From NCBI GenBank assembly GCA_021737425.1, contig JAIPDZ010000001.1, positions 1-62,479 of the forward strand: 62,479 nt of DNA, written 5' to 3'. The notes beneath the pieces are model-generated. The model did no database searches and was not told the DNA's origin. It was given only the letters and a program-made list of their open reading frames with translations. How positions within the stretch are numbered: the stretch's first letter is position 1; every line of letters begins with the position of its first letter. Shown in pieces: positions 20,577-29,287 of the stretch. The stretch comes from Deltaproteobacteria bacterium (lineage in GTDB: Bacteria > Desulfobacterota > DSM-4660 > Desulfatiglandales > Desulfatiglandaceae). The position numbers and the translations under genes were made by a program.

Positions 20577-21389
20577 ATGTCCATCATTATTATTTCATCG
20601 GATTCGTACGAAAAGGGCGAGGAAATTGCCCATAATGCGGCCCGGGCCCTGGATTACGCCTGCCTGGACAGGGAACTTCTGGCCGTTGTTGCAGCCCGGT
20701 ACGGGATTCCACAGGACAGGCTGGAGTGGGCCTTGGAATCGTCCCCCTCGTCTTGGGGGCGGTCCGCCAGACTTCAGGACCGGTGCCTGGCATATATGCA
20801 GAGCACGACCTTGGGCGAGTTGCTAAAGGATAACACGGTGTGTCACGGACTGGCCGCCCATCTTTATGTCGTTGGCATCTCCCATGCACTCAGGGTGCGC
20901 ATCCTCGCCGAACCGGTCGAACTGGCAAGGGAGATATCAGGAGAGGGAGAGGTCCCCCCTGAACGGGCGCCAAGGTTCATCGACCGTCAACGGAAATTGC
21001 GCCAGCACTGGTCCCTAACCCATTATCAACTGGACGAGACCGATCCTTCGCAGTACGATCTGGTCATCAGTCTCAGCCAGATCCATACGGATGAGGCCAT
21101 CAAGATCATCGCCCAGACCGCGGGGTACCGCCGGTTTGCGCCCATGACCTATTCCCTCAGGTGTATCAAGGACGCTGAACTGGCAAGCAGGGTTCGTGCC
21201 GGGCTCTTGGAGGCGTACCCCAAGGTGAAGGTGCGTGCCGAGGGAGGGACCGTGATTGTCGAGACACAGGGGAGCCGACGCAACAAACTGAAAAAGGCCG
21301 CTGCCATCAAAGAGGAGGTCCAGGCCATGGAGGGAGTGGATTACGTGGAGGTCCACATCAAAAACGGTTTGTTCAAGAGGGCTCCATGA
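20577..21389 (+). CDS. cytidylate-kinase-like protein with a BON-like C-terminal domain, paralog 2 (degenerate P-loop)
   Basis: Also exactly 270 aa and colinear with paralog 1 at about 30% identity by eye. The P-loop position reads SSDSYEKGEE, with no GK. The C-terminus is VKVRAEGGTVIVETQG...MEGVDYVEVH. Confidence 0.6.
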   Translation: MSIIIISSDSYEKGEEIAHNAARALDYACLDRELLAVVAARYGIPQDRLEWALESSPSSWGRSARLQDRCLAYMQSTTLGELLKDNTVCHGLAAHLYVVGISHALRVRILAEPVELAREISGEGEVPPERAPRFIDRQRKLRQHWSLTHYQLDETDPSQYDLVISLSQIHTDEAIKIIAQTAGYRRFAPMTYSLRCIKDAELASRVRAGLLEAYPKVKVRAEGGTVIVETQGSRRNKLKKAAAIKEEVQAMEGVDYVEVHIKNGLFKRAP

Positions 21390-21475
21390 GGCTATTGTTT
21401 TCAATCCCTCAATTCCTCAATCCCTAAATTTCTAAATCCCCACTTCCGGTTCATCCGGGTTAGGAGGTAATACCT

Positions 21476-21889
21476 ATGTCCGAAAGACTGAGCGTCCTGC
21501 TGCTGGATGACGAACCGATCGTCGGCAGGCGGCTGGGACCGGCCCTGGCCAAAATCGGCTGCAATGTGGAGGCATTTGAAGACCCGAAAAAGGCGCTGAA
21601 GCGCATCGATCAAAAGACCTTTGACGTGGTGGTGACAGACATCCGCATGGGTGAGATCGACGGCATGCAGGTCCTGGATCGCGTCAGGAGCAAATCGCCG
21701 CGAACCAAGGTGATTCTGATCACGGGCTATGCCATGATGGAACTTGCGAGGGAAGCAATGGAAAAGGGGGCCTTTGATTTCATCTCAAAGCCCTTCAAGG
21801 CAAACGATTTGAGACAAGTGGTTGCCAAAGCCGCCCGGGCCCTGGGTGCATCGGTGGATTTAGAAAAAGCAGCCAATTTCAGCCAATAA
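21476..21889 (+). CDS. stand-alone response regulator receiver (CheY-like), paralog of 16962-17372
   Basis: 137 aa with LLDDEPIVG, TDIRMGEIDG, KPF. About 52% identical to the first REC protein by my manual alignment (63 of 121 positions). Confidence 0.85.
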   Translation: MSERLSVLLLDDEPIVGRRLGPALAKIGCNVEAFEDPKKALKRIDQKTFDVVVTDIRMGEIDGMQVLDRVRSKSPRTKVILITGYAMMELAREAMEKGAFDFISKPFKANDLRQVVAKAARALGASVDLEKAANFSQ

Positions 21890-21998
21890 CCACTTCGATT
21901 GGCCATCCTTTTGAGAATTGAAGAACCCTGTAGCCCCGACAGGTCGGGATCTACGCTTCGCTCCAACAAGCTGCGGGGAATGCGCTCGCTGAGCATTT

Positions 21999-23678
21999 TC
22001 ACCGGAGCGCCTTACGGCACTCCTGTATATAACAGGCGGCCTGCTCTGAATTCGGGAATCGGGTCAAAACAGAAAGGGCATCCTCCCACTGGCCCAGGTT
22101 CATGTAGCTGATCCCGAGACACAGGTGCAATGCCTCGCTTTCAGGGTATCGAACAATGGCCTCGTTCAGAATCTCTACGGAGCCGGCAAAGTCCTTGCGC
22201 CGTTGTCTGATCATGCCCAGACCCAAATAGGCCCGATGATTGGGCCGGTATTGGAGCGATCTATGGTAGAGGGTTTCGGCAACGGCCGGCGTGTGGGCAA
22301 TGCCGTCCACCTGGGCATAGTCCCCGTGACTGAAGGTCATGCCCAGCCGGGAGAGAAAATCGGCATGCAGGGGGTAGAGGTCCTCTCGGTCCACCAATTT
22401 TAGAGAATCCACAAATTGCGGCAAATGTGTAACAAATTCCTCCCTCAGTCTCTGACCAAAGGCCAGGATGAGATCCTTGCTCAAGGCCGGATCGGTCTCA
22501 AAATACATGATATCCTCCCCCTGCTTGAGCCAGATATCGTCACTGAGCCCGGTCCTCTTTACAAAATCCCTGTACAGGGCAGTCCCCGGGAAGATGTCCA
22601 GGATATAAAAGATGGCGCTCAAGGGCTTGATCCCCCGGATCATCCGTAGGGTATCCTCAATGGTGTCCCAATTCTCTCCCGGAGAACCGTAGATAAAGTA
22701 GCCTCTCGCCATGATGCCGAGCTGCTGAGTCAGATGAAAGGCCTCCCTGATCTGATGGTCGCTGATCCCTTTATTGAGAAAGTTGCGGATCTTTTCAGAT
22801 CCGCTCTCCACCCCGTAGCTGATCTGGGTGCACCCCGCCTTTCTCATCCACAGGAGGATCTCCTCATCCACCAGGTTGACCCGGGAGATGGCGGCCCAGG
22901 AAATGGCAAGCCCCCGCTTCAAGATCTCCTGGCAAATCTGAATTACCCGCTCCTTTTTAAGGGTAAAGGTGTCGTCACTCACATAGAAGAAACGAATCCC
23001 TCTTTCATACAAAAGCTGCAGCTGATCCACGAAATAGGAGGGCGAATGGAAACTGACCCTTCTTCCCCAGAAGCGGGGGGATCCGCAGAAGGTACAGTTA
23101 TTGGGGCAGCCCCGGGAGGAGGTCACGTGCTGAAAGGTGAAGTATTGGGCCGGGTTGGGTAATGCATCAATATCACAAATGCGGTCCGGTGATGGGGTCC
23201 TTCTCACTCGGCTTCCTTCCCGGTAAGCAATTCCCAGCACCGCCTGGATCGCGACCGCATCCCCCTTGGAGAGGGCCTTGACCAGGTTGAGGAAAGGATA
23301 CTCCCCTTCGCCCAGGACACAGAAGTCCACTTCCTCAAAATGGGTGAGGAAATGGTCCCACAAAAAGGTAGGCCCGATACCCCCGAATACGATCCGCACC
23401 TTGGGGTCCAATGCCTTGGCCGTGCGGGCGATGTCAATGGCCCCCCACCGGTTGGCGTGAAGTACGGAAAACCCGATAACATCCGGCCGTTTTTGAATCA
23501 GGGTGTTTTGGATCCCTTTTTGATCCTGGCCCACCTGGTGCCAGTTCAATATCTCCACATCAAAGCGGTGGGCCTTTAATAGGGCCCCCACATAATACAT
23601 GCCGATGGGAGGAACACTCACATCCTCCGCGTCCAGGCGGGCCTCCAGACAATGGGGATATACCAGGAGAATTTTCAT
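21999..23678 (-). CDS. B12-binding-domain radical SAM protein with C-terminal TPR repeats
   Basis: N-terminal cobalamin-binding-like domain (MKILLVYPH...PIGMYYVGALLK), a CPNNCTFC CxxxCxxC cluster motif, and a TPR-like C-terminus (..GLGMIRQRRKDFAGSVEILNEAI..CLGISYMNLGQWEDAL). Start taken at ATG 23678. Confidence 0.8.
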   Translation of the reverse strand: MKILLVYPHCLEARLDAEDVSVPPIGMYYVGALLKAHRFDVEILNWHQVGQDQKGIQNTLIQKRPDVIGFSVLHANRWGAIDIARTAKALDPKVRIVFGGIGPTFLWDHFLTHFEEVDFCVLGEGEYPFLNLVKALSKGDAVAIQAVLGIAYREGSRVRRTPSPDRICDIDALPNPAQYFTFQHVTSSRGCPNNCTFCGSPRFWGRRVSFHSPSYFVDQLQLLYERGIRFFYVSDDTFTLKKERVIQICQEILKRGLAISWAAISRVNLVDEEILLWMRKAGCTQISYGVESGSEKIRNFLNKGISDHQIREAFHLTQQLGIMARGYFIYGSPGENWDTIEDTLRMIRGIKPLSAIFYILDIFPGTALYRDFVKRTGLSDDIWLKQGEDIMYFETDPALSKDLILAFGQRLREEFVTHLPQFVDSLKLVDREDLYPLHADFLSRLGMTFSHGDYAQVDGIAHTPAVAETLYHRSLQYRPNHRAYLGLGMIRQRRKDFAGSVEILNEAIVRYPESEALHLCLGISYMNLGQWEDALSVLTRFPNSEQAACYIQECRKALR

Positions 23679-23700
23679 ATCCAACCCCACAAAAAAATGC

Positions 23701-23729
23701 TTGACTTTCAAAATTGGTGAGATTATAAG
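23701..23729 (+). promoter_or_regulatory. sigma-70-type promoter candidate for the cimA-leu-ilv operon leader (TTGACT-17 nt-TATAAG)
   Basis: -35 TTGACT at 23701-23706, a 17-nt spacer, and -10 TATAAG at 23724-23729. Confidence 0.4.
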
Positions 23730-23769
23730 GGATTTTTATACCAAAACGCACGACGAATGGTCAAAGAGA

Positions 23770-23895
23770 ATGAATAACGGTCTTCACAGGCATAACATTA
23801 TCGACATTATCAGCGCAACAGGGATACCCGTATCCTTGTTGCTCGTCCTTCTTGTCCTTGTCCAAGGCAGCAGAGGCCCGGACCTGATAATGTAA
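23770..23895 (+). CDS. branched-chain amino acid leader peptide (41 aa)
   Basis: Translation: MNNGLHRHNIIDIISATGIPVSLLLVLLVLVQGSRGPDLIM. It has 4 Ile in 5 codons, then 6 Leu and 4 Val in 11 codons. It ends 26 nt before a strong terminator and about 100 nt before cimA. Confidence 0.55.
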   Translation: MNNGLHRHNIIDIISATGIPVSLLLVLLVLVQGSRGPDLIM

Positions 23896-23920
23896 CCGTT
23901 ACCGAAAAGCACTTTTTAAA

Positions 23921-23957
23921 AACCGTTATCAGGCCCGCCTGATAACGGTTTTTTTTT
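23921..23957 (+). terminator. attenuator terminator upstream of cimA
   Basis: A 13-bp perfect stem AACCGTTATCAGG / CCTGATAACGGTT with a 4-nt loop, running into T9. The upstream copy CCTGATAA at 23883-23890 can pair with the 5' arm as an antiterminator. Confidence 0.7.
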
Positions 23958-23993
23958 GATCCATACATTTTTTCAAAACCGGGGAGAAACGCC

Positions 23994-25622
23994 ATGTCCC
24001 AACAGATCATGCTCTATGATACCACCCTCAGGGACGGAACCCAGGGAGAGTATGTTACCCTGTCTGCCGAGGACAAACTCAAAATCGCCCGAAAGCTGGA
24101 TGACTTCGGCATCCACTACATCGAAGGGGGATGGCCGGGCTCCAATCCCAAGGACGCCCGGTTTTTTCACCTGGTCCGCAACTGCCGGTTTACCACCTCC
24201 CGGCTGGCTGCCTTCGGCAGTACCCACAGGCCCGGAATCCCCCCCCACATGGATCAGAATATCCAGGCCCTCTTGCACGCAGAGACCCCGGTGGTCACCA
24301 TTTTCGGCAAGAGCTGGGACCTGCATGCCTCTGGTATTCTGGGAATATCCGTAGAGGAAAATCTGGATCTCATTCACGAAACCATCGTGTATCTGAAAGG
24401 ACAGGACCGGGAGGTCATCTTTGATGCAGAGCATTTCTTTGACGGGTTCAAGGGGAATGCGGCTTATGCGCTCAACACCGTGGAAGCCGCCCAAACCGCC
24501 GGTGCAGACCTGGTGGTCCTGTGCGACACCAACGGGGGCACCATGCCGGACCACATCCGCACCACCATGGAACAGGTCAAAGCCCGGTTCCAGGTGCCTT
24601 TAGGCATTCACACCCATAATGATTGCGGACTGGCCCTGGCCAATTCCCTGGCGGCGGTCTCCAGCGGGGCCGTCATGGTCCAGGGGACCATCAACGGCTA
24701 CGGGGAACGGTGCGGGAATGCGGATCTAATCACGGTCCTGGGCAACCTCCAGATAAAGATGGGATTTCAGTGCGTGCCCAAGGAAAACCAGGGGCAATTG
24801 ACCGAACTGTCGCGATTTGTCAGCGAGGTGGCCAATATCCCCCCCTTTAACCAGCGACCCTTTGTGGGAAAAAGCGCCTTTGCCCACAAGGGAGGCGTTC
24901 ATGTAAGCGCCATCTTAAAGCAGCCTTCCGCCTATGAGCATATCCGGCCTGAACAGGTGGGAAACCGGCGCCGGGTGGTGGTGTCGGATCTCTCCGGGCG
25001 GAGCAATATCGAATACAAGTCCCGGGAGATGGGCATCGCCCTGGGCGGAAACGGGTACGACAGCGAAAAGATCGTCAGCGAAATCAAGCGACTGGAAGAT
25101 GAAGGATACCAGTTTGATGCGGCCGAAGGCTCTCTGGAGCTCTTGATCCGGAGAGCCACCGGCCAGTTCAAGGACCCCTTTGCCCTTCAGTCTTTCCGGG
25201 TGACCACGGAAAAGGACGGCGCCGGGGAGAGCACCTCCCAGGCCACCATCAAAATCCGGGTGGGGGAGCAGGATGAGATTACCGCGGCCGAAGGAGAAGG
25301 ACCGGTCAATGCCCTGGATAATGCCCTGCGCAAGGCCTTGGCCACATTCTTTCCCAAGATCCGGGAAATGGGGCTGGTGGACTTCAAGGTCCGGGTCATT
25401 GACGGGAGCGAGGCCACCGCGGCCAAGGTGAGGGTCCAGATCGATTCCCGGGACGCCAGGGAGATCTGGACCACCATCGGGGTCTCTGAGAACGTCATCG
25501 AGGCCAGTTGGCAGGCCCTGGTGGACAGTGTGCACTATAAGCTGCTCAAAGAGATCCAGGGCTCGAATTACCGTGAGAAGGGACCCGGGGCCGGCGCGGT
25601 CTCCAATCCCGGGAAAAATTAA
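23994..25622 (+). CDS. cimA: (R)-citramalate synthase (LeuA-family, CimA type)
   Basis: LYDTTLRDGTQGE...IHYIEGGWPGSNPKDARFF is the Geobacter/Leptospira CimA-type N-terminus. 542 aa with a LeuA-dimer-type regulatory C-domain. A separate bona fide leuA follows. Confidence 0.75.
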   Translation: MSQQIMLYDTTLRDGTQGEYVTLSAEDKLKIARKLDDFGIHYIEGGWPGSNPKDARFFHLVRNCRFTTSRLAAFGSTHRPGIPPHMDQNIQALLHAETPVVTIFGKSWDLHASGILGISVEENLDLIHETIVYLKGQDREVIFDAEHFFDGFKGNAAYALNTVEAAQTAGADLVVLCDTNGGTMPDHIRTTMEQVKARFQVPLGIHTHNDCGLALANSLAAVSSGAVMVQGTINGYGERCGNADLITVLGNLQIKMGFQCVPKENQGQLTELSRFVSEVANIPPFNQRPFVGKSAFAHKGGVHVSAILKQPSAYEHIRPEQVGNRRRVVVSDLSGRSNIEYKSREMGIALGGNGYDSEKIVSEIKRLEDEGYQFDAAEGSLELLIRRATGQFKDPFALQSFRVTTEKDGAGESTSQATIKIRVGEQDEITAAEGEGPVNALDNALRKALATFFPKIREMGLVDFKVRVIDGSEATAAKVRVQIDSRDAREIWTTIGVSENVIEASWQALVDSVHYKLLKEIQGSNYREKGPGAGAVSNPGKN

Positions 25623-25812
25623 TAGGATCCACTGAAACCATGACATTCAAACCATACCCAAAGAAAGAGGGAAAAGCCGCCGCAGATCATGAATTTCTGC
25701 GGCGTGTCCTTACAAATGATTGGGCTTGCTCCCGGCACCGCCACGGGCACGCCACGCGCGTGCCCCGCACACCTGTTTTGAGGAATACCCATCAATTGTA
25801 AGGAGGTCAGGA

Positions 25813-27357
25813 ATGGAAAACAGAGTCTATATATTTGACACCACCCTCAGGGACGGGGAGCAGTCCCCTGGCGCCAGCATGAATGCGGCAGAAAAACTGA
25901 GGGTGGCGCGACAGTTGGAGAAACTGGGGGTGGACGCACTGGAAGCGGGATTTCCCGCCTCCTCTGAGGGGGATTTTGAATCGGTCCAGATGGTGGCACA
26001 CAAAATTGAGCGGGCCGAGGTGGTCGCACTGGCCCGGACCGCCAAGGCCGATATAGATCGGGCCTGGCAGGCCGTGCAGAAGGCCGCCAAGCCCAGAATA
26101 CACACCTTTATCGCCACCTCGGACATCCACCTGGAACACAAGCTGAACATGAACCGGGACGCGGTGATTCAAGAGGCGGTGGAGGCGGTCCAGTATGCCA
26201 AGGCCCTGACCCCTAATGTGGAGTTCTCGGCCGAGGATGCCACCCGAACCGACCGGGATTTTCTGTGCCGGGTATTTGAAGCGGTCATTGCGGCCGGCGC
26301 CACCGTCGTCAACCTGCCGGACACCGTGGGGTATGCACTCCCCCAGGAGTTTGGTGAGCAAGTCGCCTATGTCCGGGCCCACACCCCCAATATGCATCAG
26401 GCCGTGTTGAGTGTGCACTGCCACAACGACCTGGGCCTGGCCACGGCCAATACCCTGGCCGGCATCCATGCCGGGGCCCGGCAGGCGGAGGTAACCATCA
26501 ACGGCATCGGCGAGCGGGCCGGGAACACCTCCCTGGAAGAGGTGGTCATGACCCTCTATACCCGTGAAGACCGGTTGAAACTGACCCATGGGATCCATGC
26601 AGAGGAGATATACCCCACCAGCCGGCTCGCTTCCCTGATCACCGGTATCGTAGTCCAGCCCAACAAGGCGGTGGTCGGCGCCAATGCCTTTGCCCACGAA
26701 GCCGGCATCCACCAGGACGGGGTCTTAAAAAATCCCATGACCTATGAAATCATGCGGCCCGAGACCGTGGGGCTCGCCACCAACCGGCTGGTCATCGGAA
26801 AGCATTCCGGAAGACATGCCTTTAAACAAAAACTGGCGGAATTGGGATATGACTTCTCCAAATCGGATCTGGACCGGCTTTTCGAAAAATTCAAGAGACT
26901 GGCCGACAAACGAAAGGAGATATATGATGAAGACCTGGAAGTGCTGGTGGTGGAAGCCATTCTGAGGGGCTCCGGAACCTACGCCCTTGAATATCTCAAT
27001 GTGGTCAGCGGTACGGTGGCCGTGCCCACCGCCACCGTGAAATTAAAGATCAAAGACCAAGTGGTTCAGGGGGCTGGATTCGGCGTGGGGCCCATTGATG
27101 CCGCGTTCAACACCATTGCCAAACTGGCCGGGAGCCGCTCCCAACTGGTCCGTTTCTCCGTAAATGCCATCAGCGGGGGCATGGATGCCCAGGGCGAGGT
27201 GACGGTCCGACTCAAGGAAAACGGGCGGGTGGCCCTGGGCAAAGGCGCTGATCCCGACATCATCACCGCCAGTGCCAGGGCCTATGTAAACGGCCTCAAT
27301 CACCTCGAATATATGAAACAAAACCCCTCTCTAACGCTGCGAAACAGCAGTGTCTAA
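25813..27357 (+). CDS. leuA: 2-isopropylmalate synthase
   Basis: IFDTTLRDGEQSPG, HCHNDLGLATANTLAG, and a C-terminal LeuA allosteric domain. ATG 25813 follows AAGGAGG. Confidence 0.85.
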   Translation: MENRVYIFDTTLRDGEQSPGASMNAAEKLRVARQLEKLGVDALEAGFPASSEGDFESVQMVAHKIERAEVVALARTAKADIDRAWQAVQKAAKPRIHTFIATSDIHLEHKLNMNRDAVIQEAVEAVQYAKALTPNVEFSAEDATRTDRDFLCRVFEAVIAAGATVVNLPDTVGYALPQEFGEQVAYVRAHTPNMHQAVLSVHCHNDLGLATANTLAGIHAGARQAEVTINGIGERAGNTSLEEVVMTLYTREDRLKLTHGIHAEEIYPTSRLASLITGIVVQPNKAVVGANAFAHEAGIHQDGVLKNPMTYEIMRPETVGLATNRLVIGKHSGRHAFKQKLAELGYDFSKSDLDRLFEKFKRLADKRKEIYDEDLEVLVVEAILRGSGTYALEYLNVVSGTVAVPTATVKLKIKDQVVQGAGFGVGPIDAAFNTIAKLAGSRSQLVRFSVNAISGGMDAQGEVTVRLKENGRVALGKGADPDIITASARAYVNGLNHLEYMKQNPSLTLRNSSV

Positions 27358-27366
27358 AGGCATGCC

Positions 27367-28632
27367 ATGATACCCCCAATGACCATTACGGAAAAAATTC
27401 TGGCCCGGCACGCCGGGCTGGACACCGTACGACCCGGAGATATCGTCCGGGTGGATGTGGACCTGGCCCTGGCCAATGACATTACCGCCCCTTTGGCCAT
27501 CAAGGTCTTTCATGCGCTGGGCGTAACCCAGGTCTTTGATCCTAACAAGGTGGCCCTGGTTCCCGATCACTTTGTCCCCAACAAGGACATCCCCTCGGCC
27601 CAACAGGCCAAGGGGATGGCGGAGTTCGCACTGGCCTATGGGATTACCCACTATTTCAGGCCGGGCGAAGCGGGGATCGAACACGTGTTGCTCCCGGAAC
27701 AGGGGCTGGTGAAGCCCGGGGACCTGATCATGGGAGCGGACAGTCATACCTGCACGTACGGGGCCCTGGGCGCCTTTTCCGCCGGGGTGGGAAGCACGGA
27801 CCTCGGGGTCATCATGGCCACCGGAAAGACGTGGCTGAAGGTCCCGCCCACGGTGAGACTCCTCTATGAGGGGAAAACCGGCCCATGGATCGGCGGGAAA
27901 GACCTTATCCTTCATACCATCGGTCGGTTGGGCGTGGAAGGCGCCACCTATAAGGCCCTGGAATTCACCGGGGAAACGGTTCGATCCCTGTCCATGGCCC
28001 AGCGGTTGACCATGGCCAATATGGCCGTGGAGGCAGGGGCCAAAAACGGCATTTTTGCGCCGGACCCGGTGACCCGGGACTTCATGGCGGACCGTTCGCA
28101 GGAAGCCGGCGTATTTTTGGAGAGTGATCCGGATGCCCATTATGAGCAGTCTATTTCTATTGATGTCACCCAAATCAGGCCCCAGGTGGCCCTCCCCCAT
28201 TCCCCTGACAATGTATATGCCGTGTCCGATATACCTCCGGTCAGCCTGGACCAGGTCTTTATCGGCTCCTGTACCAACGGCCGGATAGAGGACCTCCGGG
28301 CGGCCGCGGAAATACTGGAAGGAAGAAAGCGGGCCCGGGAGACCCGGCTCATTGTGATCCCCGGGTCTCCCCGGGTCTATCTGCAGGCCATTCAGGAAGG
28401 CATCATTGAAACCTTTCTAAGGGCCGGCGCCGTGATCGGCCCGCCCTGTTGCGGTCCCTGTCTCGGGGGCCACATGGGGGTTCTGGCCAAAGGGGAGCGG
28501 GCCCTTTCCACCACCAACCGCAATTTTGAGGGCCGGATGGGCCACCCTGGAAGCGAGGTGTATCTGGCAGGCCCTCAAGTGGCCGCGGCCTCCGCCGTCC
28601 TGGGCAGAACCGGGGGGCCGGAGGAGCTGTAA
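27367..28632 (+). CDS. leuC: 3-isopropylmalate dehydratase large subunit (short, 420-aa type)
   Basis: Aconitase-family motifs GADSHT and IGSCTNGR, plus the CGPCLG cluster ligands. Confidence 0.9.
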   Translation: MIPPMTITEKILARHAGLDTVRPGDIVRVDVDLALANDITAPLAIKVFHALGVTQVFDPNKVALVPDHFVPNKDIPSAQQAKGMAEFALAYGITHYFRPGEAGIEHVLLPEQGLVKPGDLIMGADSHTCTYGALGAFSAGVGSTDLGVIMATGKTWLKVPPTVRLLYEGKTGPWIGGKDLILHTIGRLGVEGATYKALEFTGETVRSLSMAQRLTMANMAVEAGAKNGIFAPDPVTRDFMADRSQEAGVFLESDPDAHYEQSISIDVTQIRPQVALPHSPDNVYAVSDIPPVSLDQVFIGSCTNGRIEDLRAAAEILEGRKRARETRLIVIPGSPRVYLQAIQEGIIETFLRAGAVIGPPCCGPCLGGHMGVLAKGERALSTTNRNFEGRMGHPGSEVYLAGPQVAAASAVLGRTGGPEEL

Positions 28633-28655
28633 ATGGGAGAGTCAAAGGAGAACCG

Positions 28656-29165
<510 letters not shown>

Positions 29166-29241
29166 AGGCCTAACCTGTTACCAAGCTGAGGAGTTTCATA
29201 CGGGCTCGTGGCCATGCGGCCTGTTTCCGTGCCATTCCCAC

Positions 29242-29269
29242 AGGCACCCGGGGGCAGGTGCTTTTTTTT
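29242..29269 (+). terminator. terminator-like hairpin with U8 inside the operon, just upstream of ilvB
   Basis: AGGCACC-8 nt-GGTGCTT followed by TTTTTTTT. The hairpin starts 77 nt after the leuD stop and the U-tract ends 19 nt before the ilvB ATG. Confidence 0.45.
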
Positions 29270-29287
29270 GCAAAGGAGGGGGTGGTC

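Noticed and set aside
21890-21998. Possible REP-like element (..GTAGCCCCGACAGGTCGGGATCTACGC..) between the second REC gene and the radical SAM gene
   Set aside because: It contains only short imperfect stems with 2-nt loops, and there is no second copy in this window. Without the rest of the genome it cannot be distinguished from an ordinary convergent-gene spacer.
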